From Nannocystis bainbridge (GTDB taxonomy: Bacteria > Myxococcota_A > Polyangia > Nannocystales > Nannocystaceae): DNA of 64,000 nucleotides. The DNA is taken from assembly GCF_028368995.1 (NCBI RefSeq), contig NZ_JAQNDL010000001.1, positions 1,760,001-1,824,000 on the forward strand, read 5' to 3'. The position numbers were made by a program, and so were the translations under genes. This document shows, in pieces, positions 11,104 to 22,473 of the stretch (its first letter is position 1; the number at the start of each line of letters is the position of its first letter). Under the pieces are notes generated by a model. That model worked only from the letters and a program-made list of their open reading frames with translations, had not been told where the DNA came from and made no database searches.

Positions 11104-11868
11104 TCACCCCTGCACCAGCGCCCCGCCGACCCCGAACCCGAGCGTCAGCACCAGCGTCACTCCTGGCGCCACCCCGGCCTCCGCCACTCCGATCGCGGCC
11201 AGCTCCGCGTCGTTGACCAGCAGCGTCGGCACCCCGACCAGCCCTGCCGCCGCCAGGAACGCCTCGACGATCGGCTCGCCCGCGTACCACGGATACGAGC
11301 ACGTCCCGAGCGCCCCCTCCGGCGAAATCTCGCAGGGCAGCGCCATCACGATCCGCTCGCACCCTCCCGCTGCCATCTCCCGCAGCCCGGCCGCCACGAA
11401 TCCGATCAGGGCCGTCCGCCCGGCACCTTCGACCGGCCGCCCGCTGATCGGGATCGCCGTCAGATCGCGCGGAGAGCTCCAGCGTCGGCCGTCGCTGGCG
11501 ACGATCTTCAGCCGGCTCTGCCCGAGGTCGACCACCAGCCCCTGCGCGCCGGCCAGCACCGCCAGACCGCCCTGCTCCGCGCACCGCTCCGGCGCCGCCG
11601 CGACCGCGGCCGGTACTTGCGAGCTGTCCCAGCGGACATGTCCCGAAGCACCGCCGGCCAGCACGACCCGGTCGATCCTGCGGCACAGCGGCGGCAGCGG
11701 CGTCGCCGACTCGCAGGCCGCCTCGCCGGCGATCAGCGCCTCGACCGCCCGCGCCAGCGCCCGCCCGTAGCTCGCGTCGCGCGGCGCCGCGTACAGCGGC
11801 GCGCCGTCGACCACCAGGTCCCACAGCTCGACCGGCGTCACCCGGGGATCTCGGTGGCGAGCGAGCAT
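11104..11868 (-). CDS. ROK-family sugar kinase-like protein, apparently circularly permuted
   Basis: LVVDLGQS, ALPC, LVNDAELAAIG and LTLGFGVGGALV motifs; GAGGAG RBS before ATG 11868; start overlaps the upstream GT2 gene. Confidence 0.8.
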   Translation of the reverse strand: MLARHRDPRVTPVELWDLVVDGAPLYAAPRDASYGRALARAVEALIAGEAACESATPLPPLCRRIDRVVLAGGASGHVRWDSSQVPAAVAAAPERCAEQGGLAVLAGAQGLVVDLGQSRLKIVASDGRRWSSPRDLTAIPISGRPVEGAGRTALIGFVAAGLREMAAGGCERIVMALPCEISPEGALGTCSYPWYAGEPIVEAFLAAAGLVGVPTLLVNDAELAAIGVAEAGVAPGVTLVLTLGFGVGGALVQG

Positions 11869-12800
11869 TTGGTCTCCTCGACCGGCGGCCAGGCCGGACA
11901 TGTCCTTCGCGACATGTGTTGATAATACCAGCGCTCGACGTGATACCCGATCTTGCACGCCGCGAGCGCCAGCTGAAATTCATGATAGGCGATCCGGTCG
12001 GCCAGCGGCGCCGCGGCCAGCCGGTCGGGGCGCCGCGCGCCGAAGCGCCGGTGCGCCGCGTCGAGCTCGGGGAACAGCGCGCTGCACCGCTCGAGCTCCA
12101 TGCGCATGCGCCGGTAATAACGGTACATCCCGCGCAGCGTCTCCGGCGCCCGGAAATATACGCACCCCTCCGCGGTCTCGGCCAGCGCCTGCGGCCCGTG
12201 CTCGCCGACGATCCGGCGCGAGAGATAGATGTCGTCGACGCGCATGCCGGCCGCGAAGTCGTAGAAGCGGTCACGCGGCAGGCCACCGATCCGCCCCGCC
12301 AGCTCGGCCCGCGTCGGCACGTCCCAGCCGCGGATCGCAAAGCACTTGCCGTTGAACCACGTGCGCTGCGACGAGAACCCGCGCTCGCGGTTGTACACGT
12401 GCAGCGCCCGCGCCAGCCGCCCGCGCGCCACCGGCGGCAGCGGCACGCGCGGCGGCCAGGCGACCACCAGCTCCGGCCGCGCCAGCATCGAGCGCACCAG
12501 CGCCGCCAGGGTCGGCGGCGTCACCAGCACGTCGGCGTCGACGAAGATCTGGAACGGCCCCGGCCGCAGCCCCGCGCGCTGTGCCTCGACCTTGCCGCCG
12601 CTGGCCCGCCGCGTCGCCACCCCGCGCGCGACGGCGACCGCCTCGGTGCCGTCGCTGCAGTCGTCGAGCACGACCTCGAGCTCGCAGCGAATCCCCTGCT
12701 GCGCGGCGTGACGCGCCGACACCAACAAGGCGTCGAGGCACGGCCCGAGCGCCCGCTCCTCGTTCTTGGCCGCGACGGTCACGGGGATCACGTGCGACAT
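11838..12800 (-). CDS. Glycosyltransferase family 2
   Basis: VTVAAKNEERALGPCL, VVLDDCSDGT, FVDADV (DXD). Real start MSHVIP at 12800 overlaps the GT1 stop. Confidence 0.88.
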   Translation of the reverse strand: MSHVIPVTVAAKNEERALGPCLDALLVSARHAAQQGIRCELEVVLDDCSDGTEAVAVARGVATRRASGGKVEAQRAGLRPGPFQIFVDADVLVTPPTLAALVRSMLARPELVVAWPPRVPLPPVARGRLARALHVYNRERGFSSQRTWFNGKCFAIRGWDVPTRAELAGRIGGLPRDRFYDFAAGMRVDDIYLSRRIVGEHGPQALAETAEGCVYFRAPETLRGMYRYYRRMRMELERCSALFPELDAAHRRFGARRPDRLAAAPLADRIAYHEFQLALAACKIGYHVERWYYQHMSRRTCPAWPPVEETKCSLATEIPG

Positions 12801-13960
12801 AATGCCAACACCGCCTCGGCGGCCGCGCGGGCGCCCCCCGCAGCGTAATAGCTGTCCGCGATGCGCCGCGCCTGCTGACGCGGCGCACCGTCGCCGCACA
12901 GCGCCGCCAGGTGGCGCCGGACCTCGTCGACATCGGCGCGCGCGAGGTCGCAGGCGACGCCGGCCCCGGCCTCGGCGACGAAGCGGGCGTTGTGCGGCTG
13001 GTCGTTGCAGATCGGCGCAATCAACAGCGGCACGCCGTGGGCCAGCGCCTCCATCACCGAGTTGGCGCCGCCATGGCTGACGAGCGCGCGGGCGCGGCTC
13101 AGCAGCGCCAGCTGCGGCGCGTACGCGACCAGCTGGACATCCGGCGGCGCGGCGAACGTGCGGGCCAGCTCGCCCATCGCCAGCACCAGCTGCCACGGCT
13201 GACCGCGCGAGGCCGCGATCACCACCTCGAACATGCGCGGTTGATGCCAGATCTGGCTGCCGAGCGCCATCAGCACCAGCGGCCGCGGATCGAGCCCTGG
13301 CACCTCGACCTCGTCGCCGCGCGCCGCGATCGGCAGCGATCCGCCCGCGAGCAGCACGTCCGCGACCTCGCGACCGAGCAGCGCGGGCGTCGTCCACGCG
13401 ACATTGAGCCACGGCGAGAGACAATCACTGACGCGGAACCGCGGCACCGGCACACCGTACCCCGCGAACAGCTCGGCCCGCGGCAGCGCCGAGGTCGTGG
13501 CGACCAGCTCGCTGTGCCACGAATCCGGGACCACGGGGTTGAGCGACGTCGACAGCCCCGCCCACGGCAGGTTGGCGCGCGCGGCCACGATCGGCGCCGC
13601 GTAGGCCATCGGGTCGGCGACGATCACATCGGGCCGGAACTCGCCCACCACTCGCGTCAATTGCTCGACCTCGGCCGGCACCGTGTCCACCAGCATCGCG
13701 GCGATCCACGCGCGCAGTCGTTCGGGGTCCGCGACCAGCGCGGCGAACTCCGCCCCGCGATTGGCCTCGGGCGGCGGCGCTCCGCTCGCGCCGACGAACA
13801 CGCGCTCGGGCGCGAACCCGGCCCGCGTCAGCGGCTCGCGCAGGTCGCACGGCGAGTAAAAGCCGACGGTGTGACCGCGCCGCGCCAGCTCCTGCGCCGG
13901 CCCGATGAACGGGTGCACGTGGCCCTTCTCGGCGAGCACGACGAACAGCGCGCGGGTCAT
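12788..13960 (-). CDS. Glycosyltransferase family 1 (MGT/UGT-like, GT-B fold)
   Basis: N-terminal EKGHVHP; C-terminal YAPQLALL...VSHGGANSVMEALAHGVP...DQPHNA (UDP-sugar binding). Start overlaps the AsnB stop (ATGA). Confidence 0.92.
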   Translation of the reverse strand: MTRALFVVLAEKGHVHPFIGPAQELARRGHTVGFYSPCDLREPLTRAGFAPERVFVGASGAPPPEANRGAEFAALVADPERLRAWIAAMLVDTVPAEVEQLTRVVGEFRPDVIVADPMAYAAPIVAARANLPWAGLSTSLNPVVPDSWHSELVATTSALPRAELFAGYGVPVPRFRVSDCLSPWLNVAWTTPALLGREVADVLLAGGSLPIAARGDEVEVPGLDPRPLVLMALGSQIWHQPRMFEVVIAASRGQPWQLVLAMGELARTFAAPPDVQLVAYAPQLALLSRARALVSHGGANSVMEALAHGVPLLIAPICNDQPHNARFVAEAGAGVACDLARADVDEVRRHLAALCGDGAPRQQARRIADSYYAAGGARAAAEAVLALCRT

Positions 13961-15702
13961 GGGATCCCGTGATGATGCCCGAAGTGGCACAGGCCGATGA
14001 TGCGAAACAGGGCCGCCCGCTCCCACTCGATCAGCCGCCGCTGCGGCGCCAGCAGCGGCGCCAGTGCGGCCACATCGACCCGCGCTCGCACCAGCTCCGG
14101 CGGGTCCGCCAGCAGCCGCGACGCTTCGCTCTGAAGCACCCCCGCGGCCCCCTGATCCTTCGGCAGCGCCGACTTGCGGCGTGCGCGGATCTCCTCCGGC
14201 ACCACCCCGCGGAGCGCCGCGCGCAGCACCGCCTTCTCGACCCCGCCCGCGAGCCCCGACGCTGGCGGCACCGCGGCCGCCAGCGCCAGCAGCTCGCGAT
14301 CGGCGAACGGCACCCGCGCCTCGAGCCCCGCGCGCATCGTGTGCACGTCGCCGTTGTGCAGCAGCCGCGGCAACCACCGCTCGACGATCAGCGCCGTCGT
14401 GCCCGCGATGCGCTGCGCCGGCGAATCACTCGGTCGCATCCACGCCCGGTAGCGCTCCGTGAACGTCGCCAGCGGATCTGCCAGCACCTCGCGGCGCACC
14501 GGCACCTGGCCGAAGCGGCGCAAGATCGCCGCCGGGCTGGCCGTCGCCGCCGCGTCGAGCAGGAAGTGATAGCCGAAGTGCGTCTCGTCGGCCGCGTCGC
14601 CGACCAGCACCGCCTTGACCGTCCCGGCCGCCGCGCGCGCGAGCCGGTCCTGCGCGACCTCCTGCTCCCACGCCGGCAGCGCGTCGTTGTGCCGGGCGAT
14701 GCGCTCGAGGTCCGCGGCCAGCTCGCTGCGCGGCGCCTGCACCCGCATCAGCGACAGCCCGCTGGCCGCCGCCGCCCGGGTCGCGAACGGAGAATCATCG
14801 GACACGACGATGGTCGAATGATCATAGTCGAACCCGGCCATGCCCTCGAACGCGATCGTATAGGCCGGCGGCGGCTCCGGCAGCGCCGCGGCGGCGAACG
14901 CCGCGATCGCGCTCGAGTCGAGCCCGCCGCTGAGGAACACCCCGATCGGCGCCTCGGCCACGCAGGCCCGCTCGACCGCGCGCTGCAGCGCCGATCGAAG
15001 TGCCTCCGGCGCCGGCGCCTCGCCGTCCGCCGCGACCTCGAAGCGAAAGTAGCGCCGCGCCGTCGCGCCCTCGCGCGAGACCTCGAGCGTGTGGCCCGGC
15101 TGCAGGTATTCGACGCCTTCGAACATCGAAGTCGCCACCCCGCTGAAGCACGGAGCGATCAGGTACTCGAGCACCGCGTCATCGTCCGCGCGCACCGGCG
15201 AATCACGGCAGTGCGCCACCGCGTGCGCCTCCGAGGCGAACACCAGCTCGACCCCGTCCCACGCGTAGGCCAGCGGCTTGACCCCGAGTGGGTCGCGGGC
15301 CAAAAACCCGCAGCGGCGCGCGTGGTCCCACACGAAGAACGCGAACATCCCGTTGAACCGGCGCACGCACGCCGGGCCCCACGCGGCGAAGGCCGCCAGC
15401 ACCGTCTCGGCGTCGCAGCGGGTGCGGAACGGGTACGAGAGCTCCGCGCGCAGCGCGGTATGATCATAGACCTCGCCGTTGAACACGATCGAGAACCGAC
15501 CGTCGGGCGTGGTCATCGGCTGGGCGCCGCCCTCGCGATCGAGCAGCGCCAGCCGGGTGTGCTGAAGCACGCAATACGGGTCGACGAGCTCGCCCTCACC
15601 GTCGGGGCCGCGGTGGCGCAGCCGCTCGCGCATGACCCGGGCGCGAGCCAGCTGCGCCGCCGCCCCGCCGTCGAAGCGCACGATCCCCGCTATGCCGCAC
15701 AC
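13957..15702 (-). CDS. asnB: Asparagine synthase-like glutamine-dependent amidotransferase
   Basis: Start (M)CGIAG with Ntn Cys; HRGPD, FNGEVY, RDPLGVKPL, LSGGLDSS, GDAADE and RVPF motifs. The context suggests a tailoring amidotransferase rather than housekeeping AsnB. Confidence 0.9.
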   Translation of the reverse strand: MCGIAGIVRFDGGAAAQLARARVMRERLRHRGPDGEGELVDPYCVLQHTRLALLDREGGAQPMTTPDGRFSIVFNGEVYDHTALRAELSYPFRTRCDAETVLAAFAAWGPACVRRFNGMFAFFVWDHARRCGFLARDPLGVKPLAYAWDGVELVFASEAHAVAHCRDSPVRADDDAVLEYLIAPCFSGVATSMFEGVEYLQPGHTLEVSREGATARRYFRFEVAADGEAPAPEALRSALQRAVERACVAEAPIGVFLSGGLDSSAIAAFAAAALPEPPPAYTIAFEGMAGFDYDHSTIVVSDDSPFATRAAAASGLSLMRVQAPRSELAADLERIARHNDALPAWEQEVAQDRLARAAAGTVKAVLVGDAADETHFGYHFLLDAAATASPAAILRRFGQVPVRREVLADPLATFTERYRAWMRPSDSPAQRIAGTTALIVERWLPRLLHNGDVHTMRAGLEARVPFADRELLALAAAVPPASGLAGGVEKAVLRAALRGVVPEEIRARRKSALPKDQGAAGVLQSEASRLLADPPELVRARVDVAALAPLLAPQRRLIEWERAALFRIIGLCHFGHHHGIP

Positions 15703-16639
15703 GACACGATCAACCCGGGAAAGCGCCGCGACAGCAGCGCGAGCGTGGTCCAGCCGACGCGCCCGCGATCGCTCGAGAGGTCGGGCTCGCGGCCGAGCGC
15801 CTGCGCCAGGGCGGCGACCCGCGGGCCGTCCCACAGCGGCGACAGATCGATCGGCGGGGCGAAGCGCGGCTGCTTGGGCCGGCGCGCGATCGCCTCGGGG
15901 ACCCCGAGTTCGACCGCCAGGCGCCGCAGCGCGTGCTTGTGCGGATCCTCGGCGACGTGGCGCGCGACCGCCTCGGCGAGGAACGGCGCGCCCGGCTCGA
16001 GCCCGGCCGCGCGAGCCAGGGCGCCGACGATCGGCAGGTAATCGGCGCCCGAGGTGCCGCGGAACACCTCGTCGGCGCCGTCGCCGGTGACGAGCACGTC
16101 GTGGCCGTCGGCGCGCACGGCCCGCGCCAGCAGCCACCGACTGACCGGGTGCAGGTTGTAGAGCGGAGCCTCGCAGGCCGCGATCACCTGCGGCAGCGCC
16201 TCCACGTAATCCGCCGCGGTCACACGAATCACCCGCAAGGGCAGCCCCAGGGCCCCGGCGACCGCGCGCGCCTCGGCCTCCTCGCTGTATCCGGGCAGCT
16301 CGGGCGCCAATGTGTAGACCGTCGCACGCGCCCCGAGCAGGCCCGCGAGCGCGGCCGAGTCGACGCCGCCGCTCAGCGCCAGCGCGACCCGCCCCGCCGG
16401 CAACGCATCGAGGGCGCCAGCGAGCAGCGAATGCAGCGATCCGGGCGGGCCGCGGTGATGCACCCCGCGCAGCCACGGCGGCAGCACCAGGCGCGCGCCG
16501 GCGATGCAGGTCGAGCCGTCGGCCGTGACCTCGCCGAACGCCGCTCGCACGCCGTGCGCATCGAGGCTCACCGCGGCGCCGCCGACCAGGCCGACCAGCG
16601 ACGCTCCCCGCCGGCCCCGCCATTCATAGCAGTGCGCCG

Positions 16640-16643
<4 letters not shown>
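15690..16643 (-). CDS. AsnB synthetase-domain-only protein (ATP-dependent amide ligase-like)
   Basis: LSGGVDS, TGDGADEVF, PFL, K..LR and RRPK motifs; no N-terminal Cys-Gly-Ile glutaminase domain. Start overlaps the radical SAM stop (ATGA). Confidence 0.85.
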
Positions 16644-17860
<1,217 letters not shown>

Positions 17861-17996
17861 CCCGGGCAGGGTAGCCGGCCGGCCCGCCCCCGCTCAAGGC
17901 CAGCCGCGCCGCGCGGTTCCGCCGCCCGCGACTTCGACGCGCGAGCGTCGCCCGCACGACCTCCCCATTCGTGCGACCCGGGCCAATGACGGGACT

Positions 17997-20666
17997 TCAG
18001 CGCCTTCGCCCCGCGACCTCGGCGACCAGCTCCATCAGCGCCTGGGCGTCGATCGGCTTGCCGATGTGGGCCTGGAACCCGGCCTGCAGCGCCGAGACCC
18101 GGTCCAGCTCGCGCGTGTAGGCCGTGAGCGCGATCGCAGGCAGCGCCCCGCCCTGCTCGCGGGGCCGCGCTCGCAGCGTGCGCATCAGCTGCAGCCCGTC
18201 CTGCTCCGGCATGCCGATGTCCGAGATCATCACCGCGAACCCGCCCGCGGCGGCCGCGGCCAGCGCAGCGGAGGCGGAGGCCACCGCCGTCACCGTCGCG
18301 CCGCCGAGCTCGAGCACCCGCTGCAGCAGCTCGCGCGAGTCGGCCTCGTCCTCGACCAGCAGGCAGCGCAGGCCGGCCAGCGGGCGCGGCGGAGCGGTCT
18401 TCTCGACCTGCGGCAGCGCCTCGCGCGAGCCGGCCGTGGCCAGCGGGAGCTGGACCGTGAACGTCGCCCCGCGCCCCTCGCCCTCGCTCTGGCCGTGGAC
18501 CTGGCCGCCGTGCAGCTCGACCAGCTTGCGCACGATCGCCAGCCCGAGCCCGAGGCCTTGCGAGCGCCGGTTCATGCCCGCGTCGGCCTGGCGGAACGCG
18601 TCGAACAGGAACGGCACGAACGCCGGCGCGAGGCCCTGGCCGGTGTCGCGGACCGTGACCACCGCGTCGTCGCCGACGCGTCGCAGGTCGACGTGGATCG
18701 TCCCGCCCTTGGGCGTGAACTTCACGGCGTTGGTGACCAGGTTGCCGGCGATCTGGCGCAGCCGCGTCTCGTCGCCGAGCACCGGCAGCGGCGCGTCGGC
18801 GAACGTGCGCACGAGCTGCAGCTCCTTGGCGCGGATCGCCAGCGCGGCGGTCTCCAGCGCCGCCCCCACCGCGGCCCGCAGGTCGAGCTCGGCGACCTCG
18901 AGCGTCAGCTTGCCGCTGGCCATGCGCGACACGTCGAGCAGGTCGTCGACGATCTGGGTCTGCAGCTGGGCGTTGCGGGCGATGACCTCGATCACGTGCG
19001 GCACCTGCACCGCCGGCACGAACCCCTCCTGCATCATCTGCGCCCAGCCCGAGATCACGTTGAGCGGCGCCCGCAGCTCGTGGCTGACCGTGGCGATGAA
19101 GTTGTCCTTGGCGCGGTCGGTGTCGAGCAGCCGTTGATTGAGGGTCCGCAGCTCCGAGGCCCGCTGGCGCACCCCACCGAGCAGCACCCGGCGCAGGCTC
19201 GACGCGGCCTCGATGTGCGCCGCCTGCCACGGCAAGCTGCGCCCGCGGACCGTCTCGCGCCACAGCGCGAACGAGCCGCGCGGGCTCAGCCGCGGCGGCC
19301 CGTCGCCGCTCGCCCCGACCGCGGTCTTCGCCGGGCCGCCGGCCCAATCGATGGTCTGCTCGGTCGAGGGGCGGAACCACAGGATGTACTCGCCCAGCGC
19401 CCGCGACACGGCGACTGCCAACAACCCCGCCGGCTGGCCGGCGAATCCGACCGAGCCCGGGAACCGCACCGCCAGCCGATCGGTGACGACCACGTCGTCG
19501 CTCGCCGTGCGCAGCCACGCCACCAGCGCCGCGACCTCGTCCGCGCCCGGGCACTCGCCGACGCAGCGGAAGCCCTCCTCGAGCACCACCGCCGCCCCGG
19601 TCGCCCCGACCAGCTCGAGCAGCGCCGGCGTGCCCAGCCCGTCGAGCATCTCCGCGTGCGTCACCACCGACTGCACGATCGCCGCCTCCTGGACCTGGGC
19701 GCGCCGCGCCTGCTCGGCCTCGTCGGCGCGCTCCAGCACGCTCAATTGCCACGACAGCGCCTGGGCCAGGAATTCGGCGGTCTCGCGGATCTGGAATGGC
19801 ACCACCCGCGGCCCGCTGTAATGATGGCAGGCGATCAGCCCCGCCAGCGCGCCGTCGACCAGCAGCGAGATCGACATCGACGCCGTCACGCCCATGTTGC
19901 GCAGGTACTCGATGTGGATCGGCGACACGCTGCGCAGCACGCCGTGGCTGAGGTCGAGCGGCGCCCCGCTCGCCGGGTCGAGCGGCGGCAGCAGCGGCAC
20001 CGGTCGGTAGTCGACGTCGCCGATCAGCCGCAGCCAGTTGATGGTGTAGAGCCGGCGCGCCTGCGCGGGGATGTCGGAGGCCGGATAGTGCTGCCCGAGG
20101 AACGGCTCGAGGTCGGCGCGCCGGTCCTCGGCCACGACCTCGCCGTTCCACTCGGGGTCGAAGCGATAGACCATCACGCGGTCGAAGCCGGTGATCGCCC
20201 GGACCTCGGCGGCGGCGATCGAAGTCAGCGCGGCGACATCGCGCGCCGCCTGCAGGCGCAGCACGCTGGCGCGCAGCCGCGGATCGAAGGCCGGGGCCGG
20301 GGCGGCGGCCCCAGGGGCGCTCGCGCGCGGCTCGAGCTCGACGACGAGGACGTCGCCCACGCGGTGGAGCACGGCCTCGAAGCTGCGACCGGAGCGCGCC
20401 GTCAGCGGCAGCGGGTTGTGCTCGCGCAGCGCCTCCGAGGCGGCCGCGGCCCGCAGACGGTCCGCGCTGCCCGGCTCGAACAGCGCCAGCGCCGAGGCCC
20501 CGCGCGCCGCCTGGGCCGTCACCGCGAGGTGCTCGCCGACGTTGGCGCTGACCTGCTGGACCACCAGCTCCGCGCCGCGGCAGGCCAGCAGCACGCCGTG
20601 CGGCTGAATCGCCCCCGGGATGTGGATCGGCTCGCTAGCGCAGGTGTCGAGGGTGACCGGCTCCAT
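17997..20666 (-). CDS. bphP: Bacteriophytochrome, PAS-GAF-PHY-HisKA-HATPase-REC hybrid
   Basis: N-terminal bilin Cys in TCASEPIHIPGAIQPHG; GFDRVMVY, HYPASDIP, SPIH, ACHH, WAG, PRGSF; H-box SHELRAPL; C-terminal REC. Confidence 0.96.
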   Translation of the reverse strand: MEPVTLDTCASEPIHIPGAIQPHGVLLACRGAELVVQQVSANVGEHLAVTAQAARGASALALFEPGSADRLRAAAASEALREHNPLPLTARSGRSFEAVLHRVGDVLVVELEPRASAPGAAAPAPAFDPRLRASVLRLQAARDVAALTSIAAAEVRAITGFDRVMVYRFDPEWNGEVVAEDRRADLEPFLGQHYPASDIPAQARRLYTINWLRLIGDVDYRPVPLLPPLDPASGAPLDLSHGVLRSVSPIHIEYLRNMGVTASMSISLLVDGALAGLIACHHYSGPRVVPFQIRETAEFLAQALSWQLSVLERADEAEQARRAQVQEAAIVQSVVTHAEMLDGLGTPALLELVGATGAAVVLEEGFRCVGECPGADEVAALVAWLRTASDDVVVTDRLAVRFPGSVGFAGQPAGLLAVAVSRALGEYILWFRPSTEQTIDWAGGPAKTAVGASGDGPPRLSPRGSFALWRETVRGRSLPWQAAHIEAASSLRRVLLGGVRQRASELRTLNQRLLDTDRAKDNFIATVSHELRAPLNVISGWAQMMQEGFVPAVQVPHVIEVIARNAQLQTQIVDDLLDVSRMASGKLTLEVAELDLRAAVGAALETAALAIRAKELQLVRTFADAPLPVLGDETRLRQIAGNLVTNAVKFTPKGGTIHVDLRRVGDDAVVTVRDTGQGLAPAFVPFLFDAFRQADAGMNRRSQGLGLGLAIVRKLVELHGGQVHGQSEGEGRGATFTVQLPLATAGSREALPQVEKTAPPRPLAGLRCLLVEDEADSRELLQRVLELGGATVTAVASASAALAAAAAGGFAVMISDIGMPEQDGLQLMRTLRARPREQGGALPAIALTAYTRELDRVSALQAGFQAHIGKPIDAQALMELVAEVAGRRR

Positions 20667-20673
20667 GCGCGCG

Positions 20674-21234
20674 CTAGCGTATCGCTCCCGCTGCCGTGAA
20701 TGCAGCGGTAAAGCGCGCGAACGCGGCGGCGGCAGCGCGGCACACGGCCACGACTTGCGCTTCGCTCAGCGCCTCGTCGTGCTCCGCGAGCCCGACGAGG
20801 AAGGCCTTCCAGGCCGCCGCGGTGCCCTCGCCGCGCAACCGCAAGTATCGCGTGGGCGCCGCCGGCCCGAGCGCGGCCTCCACCTCGCGCGCCAGCACCA
20901 TCCCGCCGAGCGTCGAGCCGGCGAGCACGTAGCTCCAACCGAGAGCCTGCTCGCGGGTGGCGTCGATCGGCGCCGCGTCGTCTTCGGCCCCCGCGACAGC
21001 ACCGAGCGCGGCGAGGTCGGCGAGCAGGCACTCGCGCCGCGTCGGCTCGCCCGGCGCCGGGAACCACGCCAGCATCGCCGCCTCGAGCGGCGCCACCGCG
21101 GCCAGGCTGCCGCGCAGGAACGCGACGTAGCGATCGCGGGTGATCGCGCTGGCCGACATGGCCAGGGCAGCGTCGAGCTGCCGGTGATGTTCGTGCGTCT
21201 CGCTGCGCAGCGCGGTCAGGAGTCGTCCGGGCAA
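20674..21234 (-). CDS. bphO: Biliverdin-producing heme oxygenase
   Basis: LRSETHEHHRQLD and GWSYVLAGSTLGG motifs; lies 7 bp upstream of bphP. TTG start uncertain. Confidence 0.88.
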   Translation of the reverse strand: MPGRLLTALRSETHEHHRQLDAALAMSASAITRDRYVAFLRGSLAAVAPLEAAMLAWFPAPGEPTRRECLLADLAALGAVAGAEDDAAPIDATREQALGWSYVLAGSTLGGMVLAREVEAALGPAAPTRYLRLRGEGTAAAWKAFLVGLAEHDEALSEAQVVAVCRAAAAAFARFTAAFTAAGAIR

Positions 21235-21440
21235 GCGCTATCACCCTACCACGACCGATCCGTCGGCCATCGATCGCCGATCGCCGACCTCGCGCGGTTT
21301 CACACGCCTCCACCACGCAGCAGCGACGTCGCCCTTTCACGCGCGCCGCCTCGTGACCCGCGCGCCGCGAAGCCGCCGACCGTCTCTGATAGAGTGGCTC
21401 TCTGCGCCCGCGTGAGCGCGCCGCCGAGGACCGCCGCAGC

Positions 21441-22463
21441 ATGCCCGACGCCGCACGAATTGGTGATATGCACGCCTGCCCCAAGGTCGAGCCCGGGCCC
21501 GTCCCGCACGTCGGCGGACCGATCCTCAGCGGCAGCGCCAACGTCATCATCGGCTACTCGCCGGCCGCCCGGGTCGGCGACAGCATCGTCTGCTTCCCCG
21601 TCGGTCCGGCCGACAGCGTCCAGGACGGCTCGCCGACGGTGCTCATCAATTTCCGCGACGCCGCGCGCAAGACCGACCCCTCGTCCCACGGCGGCCAGGT
21701 CACCGCCGGCTGTCCCACGGTCATCATCGGTGGTTCACCGCAGAGCATGGCCATGTTCACCGCGGCTCGCCGCGCCACCCCGTTCTGTGAGGAGTGCGAG
21801 CGGCGGCGGCGCGAGATGGACGACCGCGACGACTCGGCCGAGATCGAGACCGACACCGTCACCCTCGTCGACGACGAGCCCCCGGTCGGCGCGCTCCTCG
21901 GCGCTGCCCTGTCCGCCGCCGACGGCTTCACCCCGCAGGAGCTCGCCGTTCAGCCCGATCAGGCCGACGGCCTCGACGACCTGCGCCGGTCCGCCCGCTA
22001 CGCCGTCGCCTATCAGTTCTACGCCGCGCACGGCGGCGACAAGCTCAAGCCGAGCCGGATCTGGTCGCACATCGGCGGCATCGACATCTCGCAGCCCGTC
22101 GAGGTCGTCGACATCGCCGGTCGCACCCTCTACCAGCGCGGGGTCCCCGGCGCCGGCACCGGCCAGTACTTCGCGCTCGACCCCGCCGTCGCGCCCGAGC
22201 AGCTCGGCGTCTCGGAGCAGGTCTACCCGCTCGTCGACGGTGAGCCCACCCCGCCACCTGTCCCACGGGACAGGCGCGTGATCGCCTTCGACGACGAGGT
22301 CCCCGCGCTCGGCCTCAAGAGCACCGCCGCCGCGATCACCGACACCTGGTCGATGCCGCCGACGATCGACGACCCCGGCCAGATCGTCCCCTGCGACGGG
22401 GGCGGCACCCAGCTCATGGTCCCCAAGGTCTTCCACGCCGGCGCCAGCCTGGTGCTCCCGTAG
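21441..22463 (+). CDS. PAAR protein with a C-terminal Tse6/Tne1 (Ntox46)-like NAD(P)+ glycohydrolase toxin
   Basis: PAAR repeats DAARIGD, PAARVGD, DAARKTD; linker PFCEEC; toxin motifs SHIGGIDISQPVEVV, KSTAAAITDTWS and GGGTQ. Confidence 0.85.
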   Translation: MPDAARIGDMHACPKVEPGPVPHVGGPILSGSANVIIGYSPAARVGDSIVCFPVGPADSVQDGSPTVLINFRDAARKTDPSSHGGQVTAGCPTVIIGGSPQSMAMFTAARRATPFCEECERRRREMDDRDDSAEIETDTVTLVDDEPPVGALLGAALSAADGFTPQELAVQPDQADGLDDLRRSARYAVAYQFYAAHGGDKLKPSRIWSHIGGIDISQPVEVVDIAGRTLYQRGVPGAGTGQYFALDPAVAPEQLGVSEQVYPLVDGEPTPPPVPRDRRVIAFDDEVPALGLKSTAAAITDTWSMPPTIDDPGQIVPCDGGGTQLMVPKVFHAGASLVLP

Positions 22464-22473
22464 GATCCTCGCC

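Noticed and set aside
11104-11200. ROK gene as a 3'-truncated pseudogene caused by the adjacent repeat
   Set aside because: The apparently missing C-terminal motifs seem to be present at the N-terminus, favouring permutation; still needs structural confirmation.
17997-20666. Atypical phytochrome lacking the conserved GAF His
   Set aside because: Both the SPIH and ACHH histidines, the DIP motif and PRxSF are present, so the photosensory core is canonical.
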